A stretch of DNA of 40,380 bases from a bacterium (GTDB taxonomy: Bacteria > Acidobacteriota > Blastocatellia > HR10). The notes below the pieces were generated by a model. It saw nothing but the letters and a program-made list of their open reading frames with translations, ran no database searches and was not told where the DNA came from. Shown piece by piece: positions 9,156 to 17,717 of this stretch (position 1 is the first letter of the stretch; every line of letters begins with the position of its first letter). A program made the position numbers and the translations under genes. The stretch lies in NCBI GenBank assembly GCA_041640655.1, contig JBEPZV010000021.1, forward strand, positions 1-40,380. The letters are read 5' to 3'.

Positions 9156-9946
9156 GGGAACTCTCGCCGATGGAAGAGGATCGCTGCCAGCAGGAGGACC
9201 ACCGCCAGATACAACGTCGCATAGGCCGACGCCATCCCGATCGCCGACCAAGCGATCTCCTGCCGGTGAACGACGGCCGCTGTGAAATTCAAATGCTGCA
9301 GGTTCGGCAGTCCGTAGTAGAGCGCTCGACTGAGGGACGCCAGGGCCGGCGATCGCACCGTCTCTGCCCAATAGAGGAATTCCCGGCTCGCGTGCCCGAT
9401 GAGCACGATGCTGAGGGCGAAGATCACCGAGAGCGTGGGCGTCGAGAACGTCGAGAAGGCGATGGCGAGGGCCGCCGCGAGCAGGAATTGCAGCCAGAAG
9501 AGGAAGACGACCGGAAGCAGAAGCAGCAGCTCCGTCGTCCACGCCGACGTCACCAGAGCGAGGATCGCCACGAGCCCCGCGGTCATGATCCCCACGCTGA
9601 CCAATAGGACGACGGCGCACCCGCAGAATTTCCCGACGATCACCTCCCATCGCCGCACGGGTTTGGTCAAGAGGACGGCGATCGTACGACGCTCGATCTC
9701 CCGCTCCAGGAGCCGAACCCCCATGAGGATCGCCATCACGGTCCCCAGCGCGCGAATTGCTCCCAATCCCACGTCGAGCACGATCCGACGCTCTTGACCG
9801 ACGGACACTTCGCCGAGCAGAAGGGTCATGACGATCAGAAGCAGGGCGAAGAGGATGAGCACGCGAAGGACGCGCTCTCGAAGGAGCTCACAAGCGGCCG
9901 TGAAGGCGATGGCAATGAGGCGTCCGAATGAGGAAGAACCGGTCAC
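9152..9946 (-). CDS. ABC-2 type permease (PilI-like)
   Basis: Six TM-like segments; REIERRTIAVLLTKPVRRWEVIVGKF motif; LPNL motif; start uncertain (GTG 9946 chosen). Confidence 0.82.
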   Translation of the reverse strand: MTGSSSFGRLIAIAFTAACELLRERVLRVLILFALLLIVMTLLLGEVSVGQERRIVLDVGLGAIRALGTVMAILMGVRLLEREIERRTIAVLLTKPVRRWEVIVGKFCGCAVVLLVSVGIMTAGLVAILALVTSAWTTELLLLLPVVFLFWLQFLLAAALAIAFSTFSTPTLSVIFALSIVLIGHASREFLYWAETVRSPALASLSRALYYGLPNLQHLNFTAAVVHRQEIAWSAIGMASAYATLYLAVVLLLAAILFHRREFP

Positions 9947-10051
9947 AGCCAGCGCCGACGAAATGGCGACCGACGATGCGCCGCGATCATCGCCACACCA
10001 CATCACAGAACAAAGGCGCGCGTTCTTCAATGACGCTGACGCGTGCGCGGC

Positions 10052-10075
10052 CGCCACGGGCCCGGTCCCATGGCG
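10052..10075 (-). terminator. Stem-loop just downstream of the pilin gene (partial terminator or stabiliser)
   Basis: Minus strand CGCCATGGG-accggg-CCCGTGGCG; no U tract. Confidence 0.35.
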
Positions 10076-10093
10076 AGGGGCATCGCTCCGGCC

Positions 10094-10588
10094 TCATTGC
10101 ACGGGACGCGCGTCCCCAGGCTTGGAGAGAACGCCATTGCTCGCCGAGAACGCGGCCGTCGAGGATTCGTAGATGGTGCCGCTTTGATCCGTGCCGAAGT
10201 ACCGCGTTCCGGTTGACCCCGGAGCCGTCGGATGTAATTCGGCCGCGTATCCAGTCCCCAGGCCGTTCGGCGCATCACCGGTGTCGGCCGCGCTCCCCTC
10301 ATACCCGGATCGGGCGACGGGCGCGCCCTTCGCCCCGAACAGCTCCGCCAGACTCTCGGTGATGTCCCCGCTGGCGAGCAGGTCGGCCGGATCGCCGTAG
10401 AGATTATTGTGCGAGATCGAGAAGGAGAGCTGCGCCTGATTGTACGCCCGGAGATTGGCGATAGCCGCCGTCTCATTCGCCGGGATGCGCACGCGCGTGA
10501 ACCGCGGGATCGCAATGGCCAGGATGATGCCGATGATCGCGATGACGATCAAAAGCTCGATGAGCGAGAATCCTCGTTCGCGATTCAT
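10094..10588 (-). CDS. Type IV prepilin (type IVa-like short leader), 164 aa
   Basis: MNRERG/FSLIELLIVIAIIGIILAIAIP with G-1, F+1, E+5 and P22; SD GGGAGGA; no cysteines. Confidence 0.9.
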   Translation of the reverse strand: MNRERGFSLIELLIVIAIIGIILAIAIPRFTRVRIPANETAAIANLRAYNQAQLSFSISHNNLYGDPADLLASGDITESLAELFGAKGAPVARSGYEGSAADTGDAPNGLGTGYAAELHPTAPGSTGTRYFGTDQSGTIYESSTAAFSASNGVLSKPGDARPVQ

Positions 10589-10657
10589 CCCGTCCTCCCT
10601 ATTCTGACACGCCCCGCAGGAGAAAGGGTTCCCACAAGGGGGCATCATCGGCGCAGT

Positions 10658-11893
10658 TCAGGGTCGCCTCCGCGGCTGGCCCTTCCCTTGCTTTTGCTCC
10701 TCCAGAAACTGCGAGAAGGCCGCGATCATCTCCTGAGCTTGCTGCACCTGATTGGCGCGCTGCGGGTCCCGCTTCGCCTTCTCGACGAAGTCCTTGAGGA
10801 TGGCCAACGCCTCCGGATATTTCGCGGGATCGGGCGATTGCGCGAGCGCATTCCCCAGACCGAAGAGCGCATCGAGATTGTTCGGATCAATCTCCAAAGC
10901 CTTTCGGTACGCGGCGACCGCTTCCTCCGATCGCGCCGTATCGAGATAGATCTTGGCGATCTGCGCCTGCGTGCGCGCGCGATCGGCTGGCGTCGCCTGC
11001 ATGGCCATCAGCTCCTCATGCGCCGCGATCGCTTCGGGCAGCTTCGAGGAGTCCAGATACGTCGCGACGACCGCCAGCGAGCGGCAGAGCACGCCCTGAT
11101 ACTCGGGCTTCTGCTCCGGTTTATCGGGCGGGATCATCGAGATCGCCTTGCGCGCCGTCTCGATGGCGAGATTGAACGCCTCCTTGGCCGCCTCTCGATC
11201 CCGATTATTGAAGCGCTCCACGCCGAGATTATGATAAGCCTCGGCCATACGGATCATCACCACATAGAGCTGGGGATGATCCGGGCTCGTTTCCAGGGCC
11301 GATTTGTAGAGCGGGATCGCCTCCTCATACTTCCCCGCACGCGCCAGCTCATTGGCCGCGTTGAACTGTCGAATCATCTCCTCGTCCTTGGCCGCGCGCT
11401 TGCGCTGCTCCTCGACCTGTCGCGCCTGCTCCTCCAATCGCTTCCGCTCCGCTTCGGTCATCTGAGGGGCGGCCGCTCCCGCTTGTCCGGAACGCGCGAC
11501 GGCCTGCTGAATCTCCTCCAATGTGGGACGTCGTCCGTCTCCCGGAACCATCTCGATCGTGCGCCGCAGCGTCGCCTCCCCCGGAGGGGGGATGCGCACG
11601 TTGTACTCGTAGTACGGCGTCAATCCCTCGCCCGACACAATGATGGCATATCGCCCGTAGGGGAGACCGATGTGCGCGAAATGCCCTCGTTTATCCGTCT
11701 TCGTCTGATACTTTCCCTTGACGTCCAACCGATACAACTCCACGAGCGCATTCACGGCCGGGACGCGCGATCCATCCGGCTGGACGACGACGATCTCCCC
11801 CTCGATCCCTGCCGTCTGCGCCCGGAGATCGCGCGAGTTCCCCCAGAGGCCGGCCGCGATGAGGAGAACCAGAAGCGAGAAGATTCGTCTCAT
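10658..11893 (-). CDS. Secreted TPR protein with N-terminal carboxypeptidase-regulatory-like domain
   Basis: Signal peptide MRRIFSLL...LRA-Q; KTDKRGHFAHIGLPYGRY; TPR motifs (GKYEEAIPLYKSALE, AVAAYRKALEIDP); SD GGAGGA. Confidence 0.85.
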   Translation of the reverse strand: MRRIFSLLVLLIAAGLWGNSRDLRAQTAGIEGEIVVVQPDGSRVPAVNALVELYRLDVKGKYQTKTDKRGHFAHIGLPYGRYAIIVSGEGLTPYYEYNVRIPPPGEATLRRTIEMVPGDGRRPTLEEIQQAVARSGQAGAAAPQMTEAERKRLEEQARQVEEQRKRAAKDEEMIRQFNAANELARAGKYEEAIPLYKSALETSPDHPQLYVVMIRMAEAYHNLGVERFNNRDREAAKEAFNLAIETARKAISMIPPDKPEQKPEYQGVLCRSLAVVATYLDSSKLPEAIAAHEELMAMQATPADRARTQAQIAKIYLDTARSEEAVAAYRKALEIDPNNLDALFGLGNALAQSPDPAKYPEALAILKDFVEKAKRDPQRANQVQQAQEMIAAFSQFLEEQKQGKGQPRRRP

Positions 11894-12028
11894 GGCCCTT
11901 GCTCCTCCGTTCGTGATCCCTGCGCCTGATCCACTCCCGCTCAGGATCAGGCTCATTAAGTGTACCACTCGCCCATCTGCAGAGGCCAGGATCAAACTCC
12001 CGCTCGGCCTCAATGCAGGGAGATGCCC

Positions 12029-12679
12029 TCACACCCCGCGGGCGTCTGGCCCCCAAATGTACTTGTGGAGTTGAATCTGCAACCGAACGGGAAGGCGGCT
12101 GCACAAGATCCATTCGGCGAGTGTCTTCGGATCGAGGATGCCATGCGCGGGCGACATGAGCACATGCGCCCGCCGCGTGAGGTCATATCGGCGGATGATG
12201 TCACATGCCCATTCGAAGTCGCGCCGGTCCATGAGGACGAACTTCACCTCGTCGCGAGGACGCAGATGCTCGATGTTCTCCCAGAGATTCGCGTGAGCGT
12301 GACCGCTTCCCGGTGTCTTGAGGTCCATGATGCGGATGACGCGCGGATCCAGGTGCCAGATGGGCAGACTCCCGCTCGTCTCCATGAGAACCGTATAGCC
12401 GAGATCGCACAGCCGTTCGGTGAGGGGATAGACGTCCTTTTGCAATAAGGGCTCTCCGCCTGTCACCTCCACGAGCCGCATCCCCTCGGCCCCCTCCCAA
12501 AACGCGCCGACGCGCGCTAGGACCTCCTCCACACTCATGCGCTCCCCGCCGAAAAAGGCATACGTCGTGTCGCAATAGACGCATCGGAGGTGGCATCCCG
12601 TCAGACGCACGAATGTGCAGGGAAGCCCGGCGTACGAGGACTCCCCCTGAATGGAATGGAAGATCTCCGTCACCCACAT
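12029..12679 (-). CDS. queE: 7-carboxy-7-deazaguanine synthase (radical SAM)
   Basis: EIFHSIQGES, FVRLTGCHLRCVYCDT (CxxxCxxC), TGGEPLLQ, LQIQLHKYIW. Confidence 0.9.
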   Translation of the reverse strand: MWVTEIFHSIQGESSYAGLPCTFVRLTGCHLRCVYCDTTYAFFGGERMSVEEVLARVGAFWEGAEGMRLVEVTGGEPLLQKDVYPLTERLCDLGYTVLMETSGSLPIWHLDPRVIRIMDLKTPGSGHAHANLWENIEHLRPRDEVKFVLMDRRDFEWACDIIRRYDLTRRAHVLMSPAHGILDPKTLAEWILCSRLPVRLQIQLHKYIWGPDARGV

Positions 12680-12763
12680 CCGAATCGCCCTCACGCGGGA
12701 GACATCGCCCTCACCCGATTCTCCCATTGCCCGAGACCACCGCGACTCGGTATTTTACTTCCC

Positions 12764-13519
12764 GTGAGAGAGGAGGGGCAAGGCGAAGGACGCGCGCGAT
12801 GGGGAGAAGCCGCGAGCGCTCCGAGCGGCCATCGGGAGCGCATCCGCCGCATGTTCGCGGCCATCGCTCCCCGATACGATCTCCTCAATCACCTGCTCTC
12901 GCTCAACGTGGATCGTCGCTGGCGGCGTTTCACGGTCCGCCAGCTTCGCCCTTATCTCTCCGCCCCAGAAGCGCTCGCCCTTGACCTCTGTTGCGGCACG
13001 GGCGATCTCGCACTGGAGCTGGCCCGACAGACGCTCGTCATCGGCGTGGACTTCTGCCGTCCCATGCTGCGCATCGGGCAGGCAAAGATCGCGCGACGTC
13101 GGGCGCGCGTCCTGCTGGTCGAGGGCGACGCGCTCTCTCTGCCCTTCCCCGATGACCTCTTCTCGGCCGTGACCATCGCTTTTGGCCTTCGGAATCTGGA
13201 GTCGCCCGCCCGAGGACTTCGGGAGATCCATCGCGTGCTCCGTCCCGGAGGCGTCGCCGCCGTCCTCGAGTTCTCGCGCCCCTCGCTGCCCCTCTTCCGC
13301 CACGTCTTCCTCTTCTACTTCCGAAACCTCCTCCCGCGCATCGGGGCGTGGATCTCCGGCGTGCCCGGCCCGTACGACTATCTGCGCGATTCCGTCCAAG
13401 CTTTCCCGGATCAACGCCAATTGGCGCGGATGATGGAGGACGCCGGATTCAAAGCCGTTCGGTACATCAATCTGACCGGAGGGATCGCTGCCCTCCACCT
13501 GGGGGAGAAACCCAGATGA
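12764..13519 (+). CDS. menG: Demethylmenaquinone/ubiquinone methyltransferase UbiE/MenG
   Basis: MFAAIAPRYDLLNHLLS, LDLCCGTGD, GDALSLPF, FGLRN, RVLRPGG..LEFS; start uncertain (GTG 12764 lies 7 nt after TATTTT). Confidence 0.88.
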   Translation: MREEGQGEGRARWGEAASAPSGHRERIRRMFAAIAPRYDLLNHLLSLNVDRRWRRFTVRQLRPYLSAPEALALDLCCGTGDLALELARQTLVIGVDFCRPMLRIGQAKIARRRARVLLVEGDALSLPFPDDLFSAVTIAFGLRNLESPARGLREIHRVLRPGGVAAVLEFSRPSLPLFRHVFLFYFRNLLPRIGAWISGVPGPYDYLRDSVQAFPDQRQLARMMEDAGFKAVRYINLTGGIAALHLGEKPR

Positions 13520-15807
13520 CGTATCTGGACGATCTCAATCCCACTCAACGTGCGGCCGTTCTCTACACGGAAGGCCCCCTGCTCGTCCTCGCGGGCGCTG
13601 GCTCAGGGAAGACGCGCGTCATCACGTACAAGATCGCCTATCTCCTGGATCGGTGCGGTGCGGAGGCCTCGCACATTCTCGCCGTCACGTTCACGAACAA
13701 GGCGGCTGAGGAGATGCGGCAGCGCGTCGCGCGCCTGCTCGGGTCCGAATCCTCAACCGTCCTCCCGTGGATCGGGACTTTCCATAGCTTCTGCACACGC
13801 CTGCTGCGGCGCCATATCGAGAGCCTCGGCCAAGGGTATACGTCGGACTTCTCTATCTACGACGAGGAGGATCAACTCCGTCTCATCCGCGCGTGCAGTC
13901 GCGAGCTGGGGCTGGACGAGCACCAGCTCTCTCCCCGCGCCATCCATGCCCGCATCAGCCGCGCCAAGAGTCGAGGGCTCACCCCGGCCGACTTGCGAGA
14001 GGATCCGGAATGGACCTCCACACTGGAGCGCGCGCTGATGCTCGCCCTCTTTGAGCAGTACGAGCACCGCCTGCGCGCGGCGAACGCTCTTGATTTCGAT
14101 GATCTGCTCGTGAAAGCCGTCGCCCTGCTCCGGCAGGAAGCCTGGCTGCGCGCTCGGTATCGCGCGCAATTTCGCTTCATCTTGGTGGACGAATATCAGG
14201 ACACCAATCGCCTGCAATTCGAGCTGCTGCTTCTGCTCGCCGCGCGTGAGGGTTCTCCGGGCGAAGCCGATTCAGAACGGCACGTGTGCGTCGTCGGAGA
14301 TCCCGATCAGAGCATCTACCGATGGCGAGGGGCGGATCTGCAGAACGTGCTCGAATTCGAGCGCCACTTCCCGAAGGCCCGTGTGATCACGCTCGACCGG
14401 AACTACCGCTCGACCAAGACCATTCTCGCCGTCGCCAACGCCCTGATCCGCCACAATACGGATCGCAAGGAGAAGGTGCTGTGGACGGAGAACGAGGACG
14501 GTCCCCCGGTCGGATATTATCCGGCCGAGACGGCGGAAGATGAAGCGGAGTTCGTCGTGGAGCACATTCGCGCTCACCTTGCGCAGGATCCACAGGCGCG
14601 CATCGCCGTGCTCTATCGCACCAACGCGCAATCGCGACTCTTCGAGGAAGCCTGCCGCCGAGCCGGAGTGCCGTTTCGTCTGGTCGGGGGCTTCTCCTTC
14701 TACAAGCGGGCGGAGGTGCGCGACATTCTGGCCTACGTGCGGCTCGCGTTGAATCCGTGGGATGATGAGAGCCTGCGACGCATTCTGAACGTGCCTCCCC
14801 GAGGGATCGGACAGAAGACTCTCGAGGCGCTCGAGCAGCTGGCGCGCGCGGCGCAGCTCTCGCTCTGGGATGCGTTGCAGGTGGCCGTGATCGAGCGCCG
14901 ACTGCCGGAACGCGCCATGGAGGGTGCGCGCGCCTTCCTGCAGCTCATCGAGCGCCTCCGCGCGTGCGCGCGCGAGGGGACCATCGCCGACGTCTTCCGC
15001 ATGGCCCTGTACGAGACGGGATATGTCCAGGCCCTGCGCGAGCGGACGCTCTCAAGCAGCGATCCTCTCGATGCCGAGAACCGACTCCTGAACCTGGAGG
15101 AGCTGCTCAGCGCCGCTGTGGAGGCTGACGAGCGAGGTGAACGCCTCCCGGAGTTCGTGGACCGCGCGATGCTCGTCGCCGATGCGGATGAGTATGATCC
15201 GACCGCCCCCGTCACGCTGATGACGATGCACAGCGCGAAAGGGCTGGAATTCCCCATCGTCTTCGTCGTCGGCCTGGAAGACGGGCTCTTCCCCCACGCG
15301 CGTTCGAGCGAGGACCGGGAGGAGCTGGAGGAGGAGCGCCGCCTCTTCTACGTGGCCATCACACGCGCCCAGCGCCAGCTCTATCTCACGCACGCGTGCG
15401 CGCGACGTCGCCACGGGCGGCTCGCGCCGACGACACCCTCCCGCTTCCTGAAGGAGCTGCCGCGCGATCTGCTGCGAGACCTCTCCCTCACCGAGCGCGC
15501 GCCGACACATCGCTCGGCGCACACCGGCTCTTTCGACCCTTCGCCCGCGTCGGCCACGCAGCGCTCCCACGAGCGAGAGGCGATGCCCGCGCTCCGCTCC
15601 CGCGCCTCTGCTCAGAGGCCCTCACGCGAGGGGGGAGAACCATCACCCTTCCGCGAAGGCGCGCGCGTGCGCCATCCGCTCTACGGCGTCGGTCGGATCC
15701 TCGCGCGCGAAGAGAGCGGCGCGCAGATCCTGCTCACGATCGCTTTCCCCGGCATCGGAAAGCGGAAGTTCGTCGAGGGACTCGCTCCTCTGGAGATCAT
15801 CCCGTGA
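13516..15807 (+). CDS. pcrA: ATP-dependent DNA helicase PcrA/UvrD
   Basis: LAGAGSGKT, TFTNKAA, VDEYQDTN, VGDPDQSIY, NYRST, TMHSAKGLEF, EERRLFYVAITRA; C-terminal Tudor-like RVRHPLYGVG; ATGA overlap with menG. Confidence 0.95.
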   Translation: MTYLDDLNPTQRAAVLYTEGPLLVLAGAGSGKTRVITYKIAYLLDRCGAEASHILAVTFTNKAAEEMRQRVARLLGSESSTVLPWIGTFHSFCTRLLRRHIESLGQGYTSDFSIYDEEDQLRLIRACSRELGLDEHQLSPRAIHARISRAKSRGLTPADLREDPEWTSTLERALMLALFEQYEHRLRAANALDFDDLLVKAVALLRQEAWLRARYRAQFRFILVDEYQDTNRLQFELLLLLAAREGSPGEADSERHVCVVGDPDQSIYRWRGADLQNVLEFERHFPKARVITLDRNYRSTKTILAVANALIRHNTDRKEKVLWTENEDGPPVGYYPAETAEDEAEFVVEHIRAHLAQDPQARIAVLYRTNAQSRLFEEACRRAGVPFRLVGGFSFYKRAEVRDILAYVRLALNPWDDESLRRILNVPPRGIGQKTLEALEQLARAAQLSLWDALQVAVIERRLPERAMEGARAFLQLIERLRACAREGTIADVFRMALYETGYVQALRERTLSSSDPLDAENRLLNLEELLSAAVEADERGERLPEFVDRAMLVADADEYDPTAPVTLMTMHSAKGLEFPIVFVVGLEDGLFPHARSSEDREELEEERRLFYVAITRAQRQLYLTHACARRRHGRLAPTTPSRFLKELPRDLLRDLSLTERAPTHRSAHTGSFDPSPASATQRSHEREAMPALRSRASAQRPSREGGEPSPFREGARVRHPLYGVGRILAREESGAQILLTIAFPGIGKRKFVEGLAPLEIIP

Positions 15808-15850
15808 GGCGCCAAATGGTGCGCTCCGACGAGAGAGCCCTCCGCCCCCT

Positions 15851-16507
15851 TCAGTCCCGAGGCCCCATGCCCGTCTCTTGCCGAATTCCCCGCATCTGCG
15901 CCCTCCGTTCGGCCTCAAGCCGATCCAGAAGCCCACGCATCGTCTCGATCGCGTACTCGAAGAATTCCGGTTCCGCGCGCAACAGACGCAGCAGCTCGAG
16001 CATCTGAACGACGCCATCGCGTTCCACACTCACCAGCTCGCGCTCGCTCCATCCGCAGGAGGCCTCAATCTGAGCGACGATCATGCGAATCAGCTCCCGG
16101 ATCAACTCCTCCCTCCCCCCACTCGCACGCGGCTCTTCATCCTCCGGCCGCGCGGGCGAATCCTCCGCCGCCACTCCCGCAGCCGCTGGAGCCACCGCCC
16201 CCCCGCTTCCCACAGAAGCCGGCGAAGCGCGCATCGGTTCCGCCGCGAGCCCCGGGTTCGCTCGATCGCACAGGTCCGAACTCATCCACAAGGTCGCCAC
16301 TTCCAGACATTCTTGAAACGAGGAACAGATCTGCCGCTTCCGCAGCATCTCCGCCAAGAAGAGGAGTCGCTGATCGGACGGCAGATGTTCGAACTCTCGA
16401 TCCAAGTGCCTGAGGTCCTGCAGCAGGGTCGTCGGATCAACCTGAGGGGAGAGTCGCGAGAGCTTTTCCCAGAGACCTTCGCTGCCGTGAGCCATCATGC
16501 GCGTCAT
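15851..16507 (-). CDS. Hypothetical protein: two helical domains joined by an Ala/Pro linker
   Basis: 218-aa ORF with protein-like composition, purine-rich SD and own promoter; no recognisable family. Confidence 0.7.
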   Translation of the reverse strand: MTRMMAHGSEGLWEKLSRLSPQVDPTTLLQDLRHLDREFEHLPSDQRLLFLAEMLRKRQICSSFQECLEVATLWMSSDLCDRANPGLAAEPMRASPASVGSGGAVAPAAAGVAAEDSPARPEDEEPRASGGREELIRELIRMIVAQIEASCGWSERELVSVERDGVVQMLELLRLLRAEPEFFEYAIETMRGLLDRLEAERRAQMRGIRQETGMGPRD

Positions 16508-16539
16508 CCTTTCCCTCGACCGCTCATCGCACGGCTAGC

Positions 16540-16569
16540 CTTATAGTACAGCCTCCCTCGCGACGTCAA
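16540..16569 (-). promoter_or_regulatory. sigma70-type promoter of the 218-aa gene
   Basis: Minus strand TTGACG-18 bp-TATAAG (overlapping TACTAT). Confidence 0.5.
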
Positions 16570-16630
16570 GAAATTTCCCGAAAAAGTCGCTCGACCGCCT
16601 AACCGCGAGGTTCGTTTTTGACCGAAGGGC

Positions 16631-16675
16631 CGAAAATACGGCTTGCGCCGGTGAAAAATACGGCGATCGCCGTAT
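16631..16675. promoter_or_regulatory. Tandem palindromic operator ATACGGC-N4-GCCGTAT
   Basis: Perfect ATACGGC-GATC-GCCGTAT at 16658-16675 and imperfect ATACGGC-TTGC-GCCGGTG at 16636-16653, 22 bp apart; same motif at 36585-36604. Confidence 0.65.
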
Positions 16676-16709
16676 GGCCCGCAGTCGCGCTCCTCGCTAT
16701 CCTCAACAT

Positions 16710-16770
16710 CGCCACAGTTCATAGAGACCCCTTCGCTCCGTTGAAGCCGGCCTTCAACGGAGCTTTTTTT
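16710..16770 (+). ncRNA. Candidate ~60-nt small RNA
   Basis: TGGCCC-17 bp-TATCCT promoter (16675-16703) and a + strand intrinsic terminator, with no + strand CDS in between; 5' part GTTCATAGAGACCCCTTC is complementary to an SD+AUG. Confidence 0.5.
16735..16770 (+). terminator. Rho-independent terminator, + strand
   Basis: Perfect 12-bp stem GCTCCGTTGAAG-ccggc-CTTCAACGGAGC followed by T7; the minus strand has no U tract. Confidence 0.85.
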
Positions 16771-16820
16771 CGATCGAGGGGAGATTCGCAGAGACGCGCT
16801 GCGAAGCCGACGAAGATCGT

Positions 16821-17684
16821 TCATGTGCCGAAGACGCGCAAGGCCGTCTCGCGCAGGATCTTCCGCTTCGCCTCCTCCGAGATAGGGAGTTGCCGAAACG
16901 CCTCGACGTTCGCTTTGATCCCCGGAACACCGGGCCCCGGCCAGTCCGATCCGAACATGGTCTTGTCGGCCAGTCGCTCAAGCTGTGGGAAATACACGAG
17001 CAGGTTCTGCGGAGGGATGCTGGAGATGTCCATGTAGACATTCCGATGCCTCCGAAGCAGGAAGACGCAGGTCGCCATCCAGAGCGGACGACCGCCGTGC
17101 GCCAGAATGATCGTTAACTCGGGGAAGTCCACGGCCACGTCATCCACGTACATCGGATCGCCGAATTTGTTGCGCGCGCCGGGGAAGATGGATGTCCCCG
17201 TATGGATCATCACCGGCATGCGGTATTCGATGGCCTTCGCGTAAATGACCTCGAGCGCCTTCAGGCCATGCAGGTACTCGTTCGGATAGACCAACTGATG
17301 CGGAGGATGCAGCTTGATCGCGCGAATCCCCAGATCGGCCAGCCGATCCATCTCCCCCGCCGGATCTTTGCAGAATCGGGGATGAACGGAGCCGAAGGGG
17401 ATCAATCGGTTCGGATACCGGCGGGCATAGCGGGCCGAGAATTCATTCACCTCTTCGGTGAAGCCCATGATGTCCGGGCTCACGTAGTTGATGAGCCCGG
17501 CCTTCTCGACGCCCGCCTCATCCAGAAGGGCGATGAAGCGGTCAGGATCGTCCATGAGGTGCATCAGCTCCTCGAACTGCCGCGCGTCGCGCTTCATGCT
17601 CGCGGCCGCTTCCGGCCGGACCATCCGCCAGGGCATGATGTGCACGTGCACGTCAATGATCCCGTATTCGCCTCCCATATCCAC
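16821..17684 (-). CDS. Amidohydrolase family protein (Amidohydro_2)
   Basis: IIDVHVH, IKLHP, MIHTG, ILAHGG, MFGSDWP metal-binding motifs; start may be ATG 17678. Confidence 0.9.
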   Translation of the reverse strand: MDMGGEYGIIDVHVHIMPWRMVRPEAAASMKRDARQFEELMHLMDDPDRFIALLDEAGVEKAGLINYVSPDIMGFTEEVNEFSARYARRYPNRLIPFGSVHPRFCKDPAGEMDRLADLGIRAIKLHPPHQLVYPNEYLHGLKALEVIYAKAIEYRMPVMIHTGTSIFPGARNKFGDPMYVDDVAVDFPELTIILAHGGRPLWMATCVFLLRRHRNVYMDISSIPPQNLLVYFPQLERLADKTMFGSDWPGPGVPGIKANVEAFRQLPISEEAKRKILRETALRVFGT

Positions 17685-17717
17685 CCCCAGGAACGAGACG
17701 TCTGATCTCGATGCGTC

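Noticed and set aside
10094..10588. Possible conductive e-pilin
   Set aside because: Full-length pilin with about 12 F/Y in 158 mature residues; has F1 and F24 but lacks the Y27 and Y32 equivalents; not supported
11985..11999. 15-nt match (GAGTTTGATCCTGGC, minus strand) to the 16S rRNA 5' end/27F primer
   Set aside because: Similarity does not extend on either side; no rRNA gene; chance match
16675..16690. sigma54 site at TGGCCC-GCAG-TCGC
   Set aside because: GG-to-GC spacing is one base short of the strict -24/-12 requirement
16504..16722. Minus-strand 72-aa ORF (MNCGDVED...) with apparent SD, or a type I toxin
   Set aside because: Not hydrophobic, runs through the operator and promoter sequences, composition not protein-like; not fully excluded
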